Shown in pieces: positions 9,371 through 19,611 of a stretch of 64,000 nt of DNA (the first letter of the stretch is position 1; every line of letters starts with the position of its first letter). Origin of the DNA: Candidatus Hadarchaeum sp. (GTDB lineage: Archaea; Hadarchaeota; Hadarchaeia; Hadarchaeales; Hadarchaeaceae); the NCBI RefSeq assembly GCF_038871235.1, contig NZ_JAVZIN010000005.1, forward strand, positions 1 to 64,000. Reading direction: 5' to 3'. The notes under the pieces were generated by a model, which saw nothing but the letters and a program-made list of their open reading frames with translations, ran no database searches and was not told the DNA's origin. Position numbers and translations under genes: made by a program.

Positions 9371-9937
9371 CTATTTCTCCAACGCAAGCAGAGCGATGCG
9401 CTCCAGCACTATGCTCTGAATCGGGGCCAGTTCAGCTTCTCGGGCAATCGAGAAGGCTCTCCGGATCTCAGGGATTTTTTCCGACTTCATCTCCATTAGG
9501 GAATTATCCCAAATTGCGCCGAGATCCTTAAAAATTTTCAATATCGCTTTTCTCACTTGTGAAGCCGAACTGCCGACCGAAACAAGCGCCAAATCATTTC
9601 TGCCGCTGCGGACACCCATCTTCTCAAAGGCGCGGTAGATCTGACGTTCAGCGGCTACCCAGCAGATGAGTTCTATGGCAAGGGAACTGGCAAAGCCACG
9701 CCCGCTCTCAAAGGCGATAATGGCCAAGCGCGAGGCGTGGACGAGATGCTCCACCCCGGCAACCCGCAGGGAGTTGAAGGCTTGGGTGACCGTCCCCACT
9801 TCAGCGTCCGTCTTGGCCAGCCTGCGAACAAATCCTTCCACGCTGTCCACATTGAAAGTCCCTGAAGCCAAGCCAAGAACCCGAACACCAAAGGAACCCC
9901 TGATTCTGTAAACCATGACCCCTCGCGGAAGGCTCAT
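9371..9937 (-). CDS. cgi121: KEOPS subunit Cgi121
   Basis: VAG..HL, SLAIE, AAERQI..A.EKMG, LERIAL. Confidence 0.85.
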   Translation of the reverse strand: MSLPRGVMVYRIRGSFGVRVLGLASGTFNVDSVEGFVRRLAKTDAEVGTVTQAFNSLRVAGVEHLVHASRLAIIAFESGRGFASSLAIELICWVAAERQIYRAFEKMGVRSGRNDLALVSVGSSASQVRKAILKIFKDLGAIWDNSLMEMKSEKIPEIRRAFSIAREAELAPIQSIVLERIALLALEK

Positions 9938-9969
9938 AAGTCTTCGCCTCTAGATATTCCACGATTATA

Positions 9970-10677
9970 ATGCGGCCCGCGGCTTATAAGATGAGAATAG
10001 AGGACGTTGTGCTAGGTCAGTATATTCGCTCTCCCGATGGCACACAGCCGAGCTACCTTCTGACCCCGTGGGGAGAACAAGTCACCAGAGTTCGGGTGAT
10101 GGGAACCGTAGTCGACAAGTTCATCAGAGAAGATCAGGGCTATGCGACATTGAGAATTGACGATGGGAGCGAAACCATCAGCCTCAGAGCTTGGCAGGAG
10201 ACAGCCAAGGAGCTTGACAAATTCAACTTGGGAGAAATCATCGACGTCGTGGGCAGGGTCAGGGAATTCAACGGTGAAATTTACCTCGTCCCCGAACTGC
10301 TTATCCGCGTCGAAGACCCCAACTGGGAACTAGTTAGGGAACTTGAGATAATTGCAATGAGAAGAGAGGCCCTCGCCGCCGGGGTAAAGCCAAAGTTCGT
10401 CAAACAGGAGCCAAAAGAGCTGAATATAACCGCGCCTGCGGAGATTGCTGAAACCGCGGAGATTGAAGAAGAGCCGCTTCCCGTAGTACCCGACGAACTC
10501 AAGAAAAAAGTGGCCATCGCCATCGAGAAGCTTGACACGGGATCTGGGGTGGACCCAATCAAGATAGCCAATGAACTGAACCTGAGCTTGGCCCAGATAA
10601 ACGACGCCCTCAGAGTCATGTTCGTCGAAGGTGATGTATTTGAACCCGCAACCGGTAAGTTCAGACTGGCGAGGTGA
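9970..10677 (+). CDS. RPA32-like OB-fold protein with C-terminal winged helix
   Basis: RVRVMGTVVDKF, IDDGSETI, DVVGRVREF; C-terminal GDVFEP..GKFR. Confidence 0.85.
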   Translation: MRPAAYKMRIEDVVLGQYIRSPDGTQPSYLLTPWGEQVTRVRVMGTVVDKFIREDQGYATLRIDDGSETISLRAWQETAKELDKFNLGEIIDVVGRVREFNGEIYLVPELLIRVEDPNWELVRELEIIAMRREALAAGVKPKFVKQEPKELNITAPAEIAETAEIEEEPLPVVPDELKKKVAIAIEKLDTGSGVDPIKIANELNLSLAQINDALRVMFVEGDVFEPATGKFRLAR

Positions 10678-10681
10678 AGGA

Positions 10682-11092
10682 ATGGAAGAGGACTATGAAA
10701 AGCTACTGGAAAGGGCAATCGAGCAAATACCCAAAACTGTCTTCGAGAGTTCCCGTTTCCAGATACCTGAGGCTGACATCACCACGGTAGGTAATCGAAC
10801 CATCCTCAGGAATTTCAAGACCATTGCCACGGCCTTCAACAGGGAGCCCGAGCATCTGATGAAGTATCTCCTCAGGGAACTCGGTGCCGCCGGTGACATT
10901 CAGGGGGCACAAGCGGTGTTCCAAGGAAAGTTCTCAGCCGTTACGGTTCAGGACAGGATTCGCCGCTATGCTGAAGAGTTTGTACTCTGCAAGGAATGCG
11001 GAAAGCCTGATACTAGATTGGAAAAAAGAGAGAGGGTGTATGTCCTGAGGTGTGAGGCCTGCGGGGCGCGTAACCCAGTCAGGGGAGTGTGA
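10682..11092 (+). CDS. eif2b: Translation initiation factor 2 beta subunit
   Basis: YEKLLERA, RF.IP, NR.PEHL.KYL.RELG, CKECGKPDT, CEACGA. Confidence 0.95.
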   Translation: MEEDYEKLLERAIEQIPKTVFESSRFQIPEADITTVGNRTILRNFKTIATAFNREPEHLMKYLLRELGAAGDIQGAQAVFQGKFSAVTVQDRIRRYAEEFVLCKECGKPDTRLEKRERVYVLRCEACGARNPVRGV

Positions 11093-11385
11093 GCCTGCCC
11101 TTATTGAAGATAATTCAAACGCAGGGTGAAAACTTGGTCATCATCTGCGACCGCGAGCTTCTGGGAAAAAAATTCAAAGAGGGAAAATTCCAGATCGAGG
11201 TCAAGGAATCATTCTATTCTGGAAGAGAAGCCACCGTTGATGAGTGCATCCAAGCCCTGCGTAATGCGACCATCGCCAATATGTTGGGCTCAATAGTTAA
11301 CCACGCGATTGAAGCCGGAATTGTCGACAAAAATAACGTCCTCAGAATAGCTGGAGTACCCCACGCTCAGCTAGTCAGGCTCTGA
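11089..11385 (+). CDS. DUF424 family protein
   Basis: ICDRELLGK.F, FY.G, ATIAN..G, GVPHAQ. Confidence 0.85.
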   Translation: MSLPLLKIIQTQGENLVIICDRELLGKKFKEGKFQIEVKESFYSGREATVDECIQALRNATIANMLGSIVNHAIEAGIVDKNNVLRIAGVPHAQLVRL

Positions 11386-11391
11386 ACTGGG

Positions 11392-12180
11392 TCAATAAAC
11401 TATTACGCTCCTGACGCTGGGGAGTTTTCTCAGCGCCTCGATGATCTCTCCCCTCACCGGCTCATCGGTGATTATGGTCAGCTTTGGCTGGGGCACGAAG
11501 TTGGGATCATCGGCCACGGACTGCCTGATGCTGAGGCCGAATTTGGCAATAACTCCCGTAACTTCCTTCAATATTCCTGGCCTCGTGGCATCTTCAGGTA
11601 TGATCTCTATCACGCCCAGACCTAACTGCTGTGCAAACCCCTTGAGATAGGCAATTGGCTCTAGATTCTCAAAGATTTCGCGAAGCTTGGGGTCGCTGAG
11701 TATACGGTGAGCAGTGAAATCAACTACCCTTCTGTCAACACCCGCCTCCTTGGCTATCTGGACCGCAGGAATTCTGATACTGCCACAAGCAATAGTGCCA
11801 TCCTCCATAACTCTGAGTCCGTACTTAAACATCACCTTGGCCACACTCATCTGGGCTGGATAGTCCCGGAAAGCCTGCTGAACCCGGTTCCAGACCCCAA
11901 CACCTCCCCAACGCAATCTCTCCTCCCCGACCATCTGGGCCATGACCAGCCTCATCACGCTCTCGATAAAATCAGGGTCTACATCCAATTCTTGGGCAAG
12001 TTTGCGGGCTCGGTCAATCACATGGCGTTCTCGAACTTCATCCTTGATCTCAGCCCCGAGCTTCTTCTTCAACGCGACGATGTCCTCTGAGAGTCTGAGC
12101 CTTTCCGCGAGTAGCTTAATCAGTTTCTCGTCTATCTCATCTATCTTGCGCCGTATTTCTTTCAGATTATCCCCACCCAT
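11392..12180 (-). CDS. Chorismate mutase (AroQ) fused to an ACT-domain amino-acid regulator
   Basis: N-term LKEIRRKIDEID...RERHV; C-term IAKEAGVDRRVV HTH-like segment and ACT-like SIRQ...DDP...L. Confidence 0.8.
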   Translation of the reverse strand: MGGDNLKEIRRKIDEIDEKLIKLLAERLRLSEDIVALKKKLGAEIKDEVRERHVIDRARKLAQELDVDPDFIESVMRLVMAQMVGEERLRWGGVGVWNRVQQAFRDYPAQMSVAKVMFKYGLRVMEDGTIACGSIRIPAVQIAKEAGVDRRVVDFTAHRILSDPKLREIFENLEPIAYLKGFAQQLGLGVIEIIPEDATRPGILKEVTGVIAKFGLSIRQSVADDPNFVPQPKLTIITDEPVRGEIIEALRKLPSVRSVIVY

Positions 12181-13100
12181 CAAACTCCCTCCACCCTCGC
12201 ACCTTCAATCGCAGGTTTGGTGATCAATATCCTGCCCCGCCACGCGCGCCAGGCCTTAACTATATCCACAACTTTATCCGGCTCCGCCACGGCCACGGTG
12301 GCAGAGCCGGTGCCGGTTAATCCGGCGGCTACGGCACCCTTGGAGATGGCCTCGATAGCTATCATTGGATCATGGCCGAGCGCAGTAGAGTACAGCAGAC
12401 CATTGATGGTCAGGGACTTCCAGATTTCACCCCGCAGGGCCATTCGGTGGACTGATTGAACTGCTCGGTAGATATGGCGTAGATCTTCCGGACTCACCTT
12501 GGACGTGTAAAACTTGACCGGAGGAACGTGAACCACCACGACTAGTCTTGGATCCACCTTAAATCTCTTCAAAATTTTGCGCTTCAAATTATCGGTGATG
12601 ACCCCGCCACCGTAGAAGGATGCTGCCGCGTCATCGAGAGCACCGGTCACCGTGACTCCAGCCTCAAAGGCAGATTCAATCCCGATTTCAAGCACCTGTT
12701 CTGGTTTGGGCCTCTGGTCGCAGGCTGCAAAGGTAGCTAGGACCACCGCGTTAGCCGCCGCGCTGCTACTTGACAATCCCACCGCGATAGGGATCTCGGA
12801 GGTAGTTTCAACAACAGCACCGTATTTTTTCATTCCCAAATTTTCTAGAACTCTTCGAACACAGATCTCAATCAGCCTCGGGCTTTCTTTCCTCTGACCC
12901 AGTATTCGACCCGAGATCTTTCCCCCCTTGGTCAGTCTAACCCTCGCCTGAACTCTTAAATCAACGCCAAAAGCTGCCCCCTTGCCAGCTGCGATGGCAT
13001 TGACCACCGTGGCGGAAGCACAGGCGGAAGCGATGCCAACACCTCTTCCCAAACCAGACCCCCTTTCAACTAAACCTGTCCGGATTAATTTTTCCCGCAC
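12180..13100 (-). CDS. aroK: Archaeal shikimate kinase (GHMP)
   Basis: [39 protein letters not shown]. Confidence 0.9.
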   Translation of the reverse strand: MREKLIRTGLVERGSGLGRGVGIASACASATVVNAIAAGKGAAFGVDLRVQARVRLTKGGKISGRILGQRKESPRLIEICVRRVLENLGMKKYGAVVETTSEIPIAVGLSSSSAAANAVVLATFAACDQRPKPEQVLEIGIESAFEAGVTVTGALDDAAASFYGGGVITDNLKRKILKRFKVDPRLVVVVHVPPVKFYTSKVSPEDLRHIYRAVQSVHRMALRGEIWKSLTINGLLYSTALGHDPMIAIEAISKGAVAAGLTGTGSATVAVAEPDKVVDIVKAWRAWRGRILITKPAIEGARVEGV

Positions 13101-14163
13101 GAATCATGTGATCAGCCAGAACCAAGGCCAACATCGCCTCAGCCACCGGCACTATCCTAGGGCATATGTTTGGGTCAAAGCGCCCCTCAAGGCGTATCTC
13201 GGTCCCTTTCATTTTTGCTAGATCAACCGTTCGCTGTGGTTTCGATATCGATGGCGTAGGCTTAACCATCAGACGAGCCACAATCGGCATTCCAGTTGAA
13301 ATTCCACCCAGAATTCCGCCCGCCCTGTTAGTGGCTGTGAATATCTTGCCCTCTCTTATAACTATGGCATCGTTTGCCTCTGAGCCTCGCATCCGCGCAA
13401 GCTTATCCCCCTCTCCGATGATAACCGCCTTTACTGAGCCGATTGACATCAACGCCCCAGCTATCTCGGCATCAAGTTTCCCAAACACGGGCTCTCCCAA
13501 CCCTGCCGGTACCCCATGCGCCTGAACCTCAACAACGCCTCCGGTACTGTCACCTTCTGCGGCGGCCTCCAGAATTGCCTTCATCATCATCTCCGCCTTT
13601 TCAGGTACAGCACACCTAATCGGATTTTTCTCCACGTTTCTTCGGATCTCCTCGAGCGTTGGCTGTCTATCTATAGAAACGCCCGCCGCCTCCACGGTGT
13701 GGGCCAAGATCTCCACACCATGTGCAGCCAAAAGTTTCTTTGCCACGGCCCCGGCCGCAACCCTGCCTATCGTCTCCCTAGCGGAGCTTCTTCCGCCACC
13801 GCGATAATCAACATGGCCATACTTTAACCAGTAGGTGAGATCTGCGTGCCCTGGGCGAGGCTTTGTCCTAATTCTCTCATATGGTTTAGAATCAACGTCA
13901 AGATTACGGACGACCATACAGATGGGGGCTCCAGTAGTTTTTCCCTTAAAGACACCGGAGAGAATTTCCACCTTATCTTTCTCCTTCCGCGGCGTGGTCA
14001 AAATTGACTGCCCAGGACGACGCCGATCCAGTTCCCGCTGAACATCGGCCTCGCTCAGCGGCATCCCTGCCGGAACCCCGTCGACAACCACTCCGATTGC
14101 CGAGCCATGGCTTTCCCCGAAGGTGGTTATCTTAAAAATCTTGCCGAAGGTGTTTCCCCCCAT
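13066..14163 (-). CDS. aroC: Chorismate synthase
   Basis: [31 protein letters not shown]. Confidence 0.97.
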   Translation of the reverse strand: MGGNTFGKIFKITTFGESHGSAIGVVVDGVPAGMPLSEADVQRELDRRRPGQSILTTPRKEKDKVEILSGVFKGKTTGAPICMVVRNLDVDSKPYERIRTKPRPGHADLTYWLKYGHVDYRGGGRSSARETIGRVAAGAVAKKLLAAHGVEILAHTVEAAGVSIDRQPTLEEIRRNVEKNPIRCAVPEKAEMMMKAILEAAAEGDSTGGVVEVQAHGVPAGLGEPVFGKLDAEIAGALMSIGSVKAVIIGEGDKLARMRGSEANDAIVIREGKIFTATNRAGGILGGISTGMPIVARLMVKPTPSISKPQRTVDLAKMKGTEIRLEGRFDPNICPRIVPVAEAMLALVLADHMIRAGKINPDRFS

Positions 14164-14257
14164 CACCACACCAGAGGAATCCTCGATTTCAATCTATAAA
14201 TCACCATCTATAATCGAGCCCTCAAAACCGCAAATTGTCGTGGTTCGTGGAGATAAT

Positions 14258-15184
14258 TCACAGGGCGTGCGGACACTTCTCTGTTCTCTTAAAGTAGGGC
14301 TCACGTCTGCCCACCGCCTCGACGAATGATTTTTTTGCCCCGTCAACATCCCCGGCCCGCACCCATGACAGAATATCGACCAAATTGTCATTTCTCATCA
14401 GACATGGTTTGAGGTAACCGTCGGGCGTCAACCTCAATCGGTGACAGTGAGCGCAGAACCTTGTGTTGTGCATCGGGCGTACTACTTCAACCTCCCCATT
14501 AGGTAATAGGTATCTCTTGCGCGACTGCATTAGCCGTCTCGTCCTGACCGCGATCGCCTTGGCGGCAAGCTTTCGTTCAATCTCCTCAAGGGCCAAGTGA
14601 TGCTCTTGGAAATCCTCTCCATTCAAATCCACCAGCTCTATGAGTTGGAGTATCATACCTCGTTCACCAGCAAAATCAATCATCCTGTCGATCTCATCCT
14701 CATTTATCCCCTTGAGCAAAACCATATTCAATTTGATGGGGACAAGTCTAGCCTCCAGTGCAGCGTTTATCCCGTCGAGGACCTCCTCCAGTGACCCGTT
14801 CTGAGTGATCTTGGCAAATTTCTCGGCGTCGAGCGTGTCCAAGCTTATGTTGACCCGGTCCAGTCCTGCCTCCGCAAGTTCATGCGCCCTCTCTGAAAGC
14901 AAGGCACCATTGGTCGTCATGGAAATCTCTCTGATCCCAGGCTTAGCTGAAGCAGCAACGATATCCACTATATCATCGCGCAGGAGGGGCTCCCCGCCGG
15001 TGATCTTGATCTTCCCAACGCCCAACTCAGAGGCTATCTTAACTATGCTACCAATTTCATCGGGGGACATCTCTCGAGAACTCTCAGGACACCCCTCGCG
15101 ATGACAGTAAAAACAGTTGAAATTACAGTTCTCAGTTACTGAAATCCTGAGCCCGTTAACGTAACGGCCATATCTATCTATCAA
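14258..15184 (-). CDS. moaA: GTP 3',8-cyclase MoaA
   Basis: LRISVT.NCNFNCFYC, TGGEPL, FCAHCHRLRLT.DG.LKPCL. Confidence 0.95.
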   Translation of the reverse strand: MIDRYGRYVNGLRISVTENCNFNCFYCHREGCPESSREMSPDEIGSIVKIASELGVGKIKITGGEPLLRDDIVDIVAASAKPGIREISMTTNGALLSERAHELAEAGLDRVNISLDTLDAEKFAKITQNGSLEEVLDGINAALEARLVPIKLNMVLLKGINEDEIDRMIDFAGERGMILQLIELVDLNGEDFQEHHLALEEIERKLAAKAIAVRTRRLMQSRKRYLLPNGEVEVVRPMHNTRFCAHCHRLRLTPDGYLKPCLMRNDNLVDILSWVRAGDVDGAKKSFVEAVGRREPYFKRTEKCPHAL

Positions 15185-15908
15185 GATTAGTCACCCTCAT
15201 CTCAATGATTTTTCCCCGAGAATCCTTCAGTGAACTTACCATTCCTTTAACCACGCCAGCCAACAACTCCTGAACAAATGGTTTGAGTGGGATTTGCTTG
15301 TCGTCTATTTTTAAAATGACTCTGCCCGTCAAGGCTTCGCATTCCTCCCATCGTTTCTTTCCGGAGACAACTGCCACAGCAAATTTCTCACAACTATCGA
15401 ATCCACATCGCCTGCAGTTGAGAGCAAAAAGTGGTGGAAAGGACCTCTGCTCAATGAGATCCACTATTTCCTTAACCTGCTTGAAATCGAACGATGGCAC
15501 CGTGGGCCACCGGAAACCAACACAGGCTATGGTAAGCCCATCCACGAGTTTTTCGGCCTCGGCTTGGTTTCTTGCCACAACTACCTTCGCCAATCCACGA
15601 AAAGTTTTGAAACCTTCCACAACTACGAAATCGACCCCCGATAAACTTTTCAATATTTCTTCAAGTCCGGCCGAACGTTTCTCAATTCTAGCTATCTCAC
15701 TTGGAGCTAGGGAAATCACCAGCTCTGCACCAGCCTTGGCGTGTGCCCAGGTATCCTTACCTGTTTGGTCGATAGTAAAGTGCTTCTCAGGAATGTGTTT
15801 AACGGTGCCCACACGATAACCGCGTTTGACCAGTTCCCTCACAATCGAAACCACTAATTTTGTCTTTCCAGCACCGTGAAATCCAGTCACCGAAAGAACT
15901 TTATACAA
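15174..15908 (-). CDS. mobB: MobB with C-terminal Fe-S domain
   Basis: G..GAGKT, VKH, D..GKDTW.H..AGA, VEGFK, LNCRRCG..SC. Confidence 0.9.
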   Translation of the reverse strand: MYKVLSVTGFHGAGKTKLVVSIVRELVKRGYRVGTVKHIPEKHFTIDQTGKDTWAHAKAGAELVISLAPSEIARIEKRSAGLEEILKSLSGVDFVVVEGFKTFRGLAKVVVARNQAEAEKLVDGLTIACVGFRWPTVPSFDFKQVKEIVDLIEQRSFPPLFALNCRRCGFDSCEKFAVAVVSGKKRWEECEALTGRVILKIDDKQIPLKPFVQELLAGVVKGMVSSLKDSRGKIIEMRVTNLDR

Positions 15909-17142
15909 GACTGCACCCCCTAAAAAGCTTCACTTCCACACTCTCCCCTTCCTCGACAATTTCCCGCTCAAGCGGCACTTCAATGTAACCATCTGCAGTT
16001 GAGAGCGACGTTATCGCACCTGATCCTTTGAGAATGGGCTCCGCTAACTTCTGACCATCTTTTTCCACCAATTTTACCGGAACAAACTCCTGCCTCCCCC
16101 TAGCTGAAAGCAACTTTGTTGCCAGCTTTGCCTGAACAACGCTTTGCCGGCTCCGTGGAATACCTGAAAGCTCGTGGAGATAATCAGCAACCAACTGATC
16201 AAATACCATTAGCGCGGACACGGGATATCCGGGCAGACCGAAGATGGGCTTGTTTTTAACCACGGCGATAAAGGTCGGTTTGCCCGGCTTCATGGCAATA
16301 CCATGAACGATCACACCTGGTCTGCCAAGGGTGGCTATGGCTCGAGGTGTTAGATCACCTGTGCCAACGGACGAACCACCGGATATCAGAACTACATCGG
16401 CGATTTTAATGCCATTACTGACCGCAGCCTTTATGGCTGAGAATCTGTCTGAAATAGTGCCTAGAAAAACTGGTTCGCCGCCGCAGGCCCTCACCGACTC
16501 AGAGAGCGATGTCGCGTTAACATCGTAGATTTTTCCCTTCCTGAGCTTTGCTCCCGGCTCCACCAACTCAGACCCTGTGGAGATCACCGCCACCTTTGGC
16601 CTGTCCTTAACCATAATTTTTTTGACACCTATCGCTGCCAAAACCGCAACGTCCAGAAGATTAAGCTGCTTTAAACGTCCGATGACAATCTGGCCTTTCT
16701 TTATGTCCGATCCGCGGCTAGTAACGTTTTCCCAAGGAGACACTGACCGATAAATATTCACCGACCCATCTTCAACCACAGCATATTCCGACATTACCAC
16801 CGCGTCAGCTCCCCGCGGAAGTGGGGCGCCTGTCGTTATCTCTACGCTTGATCCCGGCCGGAGATGCATTCGGGGCCAAGTTCCGGCCAGAACCCTGCCA
16901 ACCAACTTAAGTTTAATAGGAGAGCTTTCAGTCGCCCCAAATGTATCTGAGGCTTTTACCGCGAAACCATCATAGGTCGCCCTGTCGAATGGTGGAACAT
17001 CTATTTTTGATTTTATCTCTGTTGAGCTAACCCTGCCTATTGCATGAGAAAATGAGACATAAACATCGCGTGGTTTAGGTTTCCAAAATTTATCCAGCGC
17101 AGCTTTCGCTTCTTCCAGAGAAATTACGCCAAGTTCGGCCAT
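15901..17142 (-). CDS. moeA: Molybdopterin molybdenumtransferase MoeA
   Basis: PPFDR...DGFA, I.TGA..P.GADAVVM.E, STGSEL, SGGSS.G..D, KPGKP, GLPGYP. Confidence 0.95.
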   Translation of the reverse strand: MAELGVISLEEAKAALDKFWKPKPRDVYVSFSHAIGRVSSTEIKSKIDVPPFDRATYDGFAVKASDTFGATESSPIKLKLVGRVLAGTWPRMHLRPGSSVEITTGAPLPRGADAVVMSEYAVVEDGSVNIYRSVSPWENVTSRGSDIKKGQIVIGRLKQLNLLDVAVLAAIGVKKIMVKDRPKVAVISTGSELVEPGAKLRKGKIYDVNATSLSESVRACGGEPVFLGTISDRFSAIKAAVSNGIKIADVVLISGGSSVGTGDLTPRAIATLGRPGVIVHGIAMKPGKPTFIAVVKNKPIFGLPGYPVSALMVFDQLVADYLHELSGIPRSRQSVVQAKLATKLLSARGRQEFVPVKLVEKDGQKLAEPILKGSGAITSLSTADGYIEVPLEREIVEEGESVEVKLFRGCSLV

Positions 17143-17267
17143 CTCATCGCATACTATTAAACAACAAAGTTTATTATTTCACTTTTGGTTAAACAAATAT
17201 GGCTAACAAAAGAGGGAACAACAACGCCTTAAAAAAATTTTTATAACTTGATTGTAAAGTAAACATC

Positions 17268-18875
17268 ATGACTGAAAGGGTTCAAAAGGATTCGTCGTAC
17301 CTAAATGGTATGTCAATTTCTGGAACGAGAACCCGAGTTCGGGATGTAAGTCCGACAAGTGGAATGTGTCCTATCTGTATTAAAGAATGCCCCGTTCTCT
17401 GCGAGATCAGTCTTTCGGCATTTCGCGGCAGAGAGGTTCTCTACCCATCTCAAAGTTATTTTGGACAAAGCACGGCCGCATCATTAAAGAACTATGATCT
17501 GGATTGGTCACATTTTAACATCCTTTCTAGACTCAGGGGCGCTGAGGGTATATCTCCTGATCCAGACGTTGCTTTATTTGAAAACGTGAACATCGAATCA
17601 GAACTGGGGGGCATCCCCCTCAAAGTGCCACTTGTTACCGGCGCATTTGGTTCCACACCCGTGGCAAAACTTAATTGGGATGCTCTGGCCGTGGGGGCCG
17701 CCCTTTCTGGTGTGATACTAGTTATTGGAGAAAATGTCTGCGGGGTGGATCCGGAATCTAAATACGCCAATGGCAAGGTAACCTACTCCAAAGAACTCGA
17801 ATACAGGGTTAAGAAGTTCAGAGAATTTTGGGACGGAAAATATGGTGATATTTCTGTACAAACTAATGTGGAGGATCAACGAGGGGGCGTTGATATTTAT
17901 GCGATTTCTAAGCTCGAGGTCAACATTATCGAGAGAAAGTGGGGACAAGGGGCTAAGGCCATTGGTGGCGAAATACGGATAACCTCACTTGAGCGAGCCA
18001 TCGCCCTGAAAAAGCGTGGATACGTGGTGTTGCCTGACCCAGAAGATAAAGCTGTCCAAGAAGCGTTTAAAGCCGGGGTTTTCAAGAGCTTTGAGCGCCA
18101 TAGCCGGGTTGGAATGCCGACGGAGAGGGGCTTCGTGGAAGACGTTGAATGGCTGAGGGATCAAGGGGCAAAGAAAGTTACTTTGAAAACAGGAGCCTAT
18201 CGACCCATCGATACTGCATGGACTATGAAAGTTGCATCGGAAGCAAGGGTAGATTATGTAACCTTTGATGGGGCTGGTGGTGGCACGGGCATGAGCCCTG
18301 TGCCGATGATGAACGAAATGAGCACACCAACGGTCTATCTTGAAGCTCAAGTTCTTAAGTGCGCTCAAATACTCAAGAAAAAAGGCCGGTACGTCCCTGA
18401 CATAAGCATGGCAGGTGGTTTCATCAGCGAGGGACAAATTTTCAAAAGTATTGCAATGAGCAATTTCGGGCAAGGACCATTCATAAAAGCCATCACCATG
18501 GCCAGAGCTCCGCTAACAGCAGTGATGAAATCTTCTTATTTTGTGGAACTGGCTAAGGAAAACAAATTGCCACGTGATTTTGCGGAACAATATGGAAGCA
18601 CCCCGGACAAATTTTTCCTAGCGGCATCAAAAATAAAGGAGCTACACGGCGATAGATTCAGCAATATACCGTTCGCTGCCATAGGCCTTTACACATATTT
18701 ATGCGATCGAATCGGTGTCGGACTAAAGCAACTGCTTGCCGGCGCGAGAAAGTGGAATCTCATGTTAATCAACAGAAGCGACCTTGCGGCATTAACTGAA
18801 CGGGCCTCTAGGGTTACTGGAATACCGCTAATGGACGAGACCGAAGCCGATGTGTTTGAGCAGATATTGGAATAG
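17268..18875 (+). CDS. FMN-binding glutamate synthase family protein (archaeal stand-alone)
   Basis: SGMCPIC...C...CE, KWGQGAK.IGGE, DGAGGGTGMSP, MAGG. Confidence 0.85.
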   Translation: MTERVQKDSSYLNGMSISGTRTRVRDVSPTSGMCPICIKECPVLCEISLSAFRGREVLYPSQSYFGQSTAASLKNYDLDWSHFNILSRLRGAEGISPDPDVALFENVNIESELGGIPLKVPLVTGAFGSTPVAKLNWDALAVGAALSGVILVIGENVCGVDPESKYANGKVTYSKELEYRVKKFREFWDGKYGDISVQTNVEDQRGGVDIYAISKLEVNIIERKWGQGAKAIGGEIRITSLERAIALKKRGYVVLPDPEDKAVQEAFKAGVFKSFERHSRVGMPTERGFVEDVEWLRDQGAKKVTLKTGAYRPIDTAWTMKVASEARVDYVTFDGAGGGTGMSPVPMMNEMSTPTVYLEAQVLKCAQILKKKGRYVPDISMAGGFISEGQIFKSIAMSNFGQGPFIKAITMARAPLTAVMKSSYFVELAKENKLPRDFAEQYGSTPDKFFLAASKIKELHGDRFSNIPFAAIGLYTYLCDRIGVGLKQLLAGARKWNLMLINRSDLAALTERASRVTGIPLMDETEADVFEQILE

Positions 18876-18979
18876 TCGTCACAAAAGTTATATTCCATCG
18901 GTGGGCACAAAAGACCAAGAAAAGAAAATTGACTAAAGCTTTTATAAAAACAATTCTCCAAAAATAACAACGGGGAAAA

Positions 18980-19225
18980 ATGGTTGAGGCTTTTATTATG
19001 ATAAAAATCGGTGTTGGCGAGTATCAGAACTTAGTCTTAACTATCAAAGAGAAATTGGAAAAAATGCCGGAGGTAGTCGAGGCCTGCCCTGTGTTCGGAC
19101 GATACGATATGGTGGCAAGAGTCAAGGTAAAAACTTTGGCCGAGCTGACGCGCTTAGTTGGGGATAAAATCAGATCAATTGATGGTGTGACAAACACCGA
19201 AACATTTGTAGTACACGAGGGATAA
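18980..19225 (+). CDS. Stand-alone Lrp/AsnC ligand-binding (RAM) domain protein
   Basis: AFIMI, V.EA..VFGRYDMVARV, IRSIDGVT.TET; no HTH. Confidence 0.85.
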   Translation: MVEAFIMIKIGVGEYQNLVLTIKEKLEKMPEVVEACPVFGRYDMVARVKVKTLAELTRLVGDKIRSIDGVTNTETFVVHEG

Positions 19226-19611
19226 AAGATCCGGTTTGCGGCCGGAAACAGCTAATCTATTGATGCCTCAAGGTCCCTGATGACTACCTAAGCAGCTGCT
19301 GGCCAAACCGTGATTGAGGCCAACCGTTTGATCTCATCACTAGCAGGAGTCCGATCGTAACTCAATGTGCTTTGCGCCGATTGGTGCATCTACAGCGAGT
19401 GCTATTTCGAAAAATCAGAACTAATTAGGGTTGTTGCTTTCTGACCTGCGATTGGGAAAGGCTCCGAACTTTTTTGGTATAACAAATTATGAGGTTGACC
19501 ATCAGGCTGTGGCAAAAGGAGCTTCATAATCTTGATGAGATTAATATGTTAATAGCGTCAAAGTCTTCTAAAGGTTTATAAAGAAGAACAATCATCATCT
19601 TTGGGAAAAAC

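Noticed and set aside
19244-19283. Hammerhead-like GAAA ... GUC ... CUGAUGA words
   Set aside because: There is no room for stem I between GUC and CUGAUGA, and stem II cannot form.
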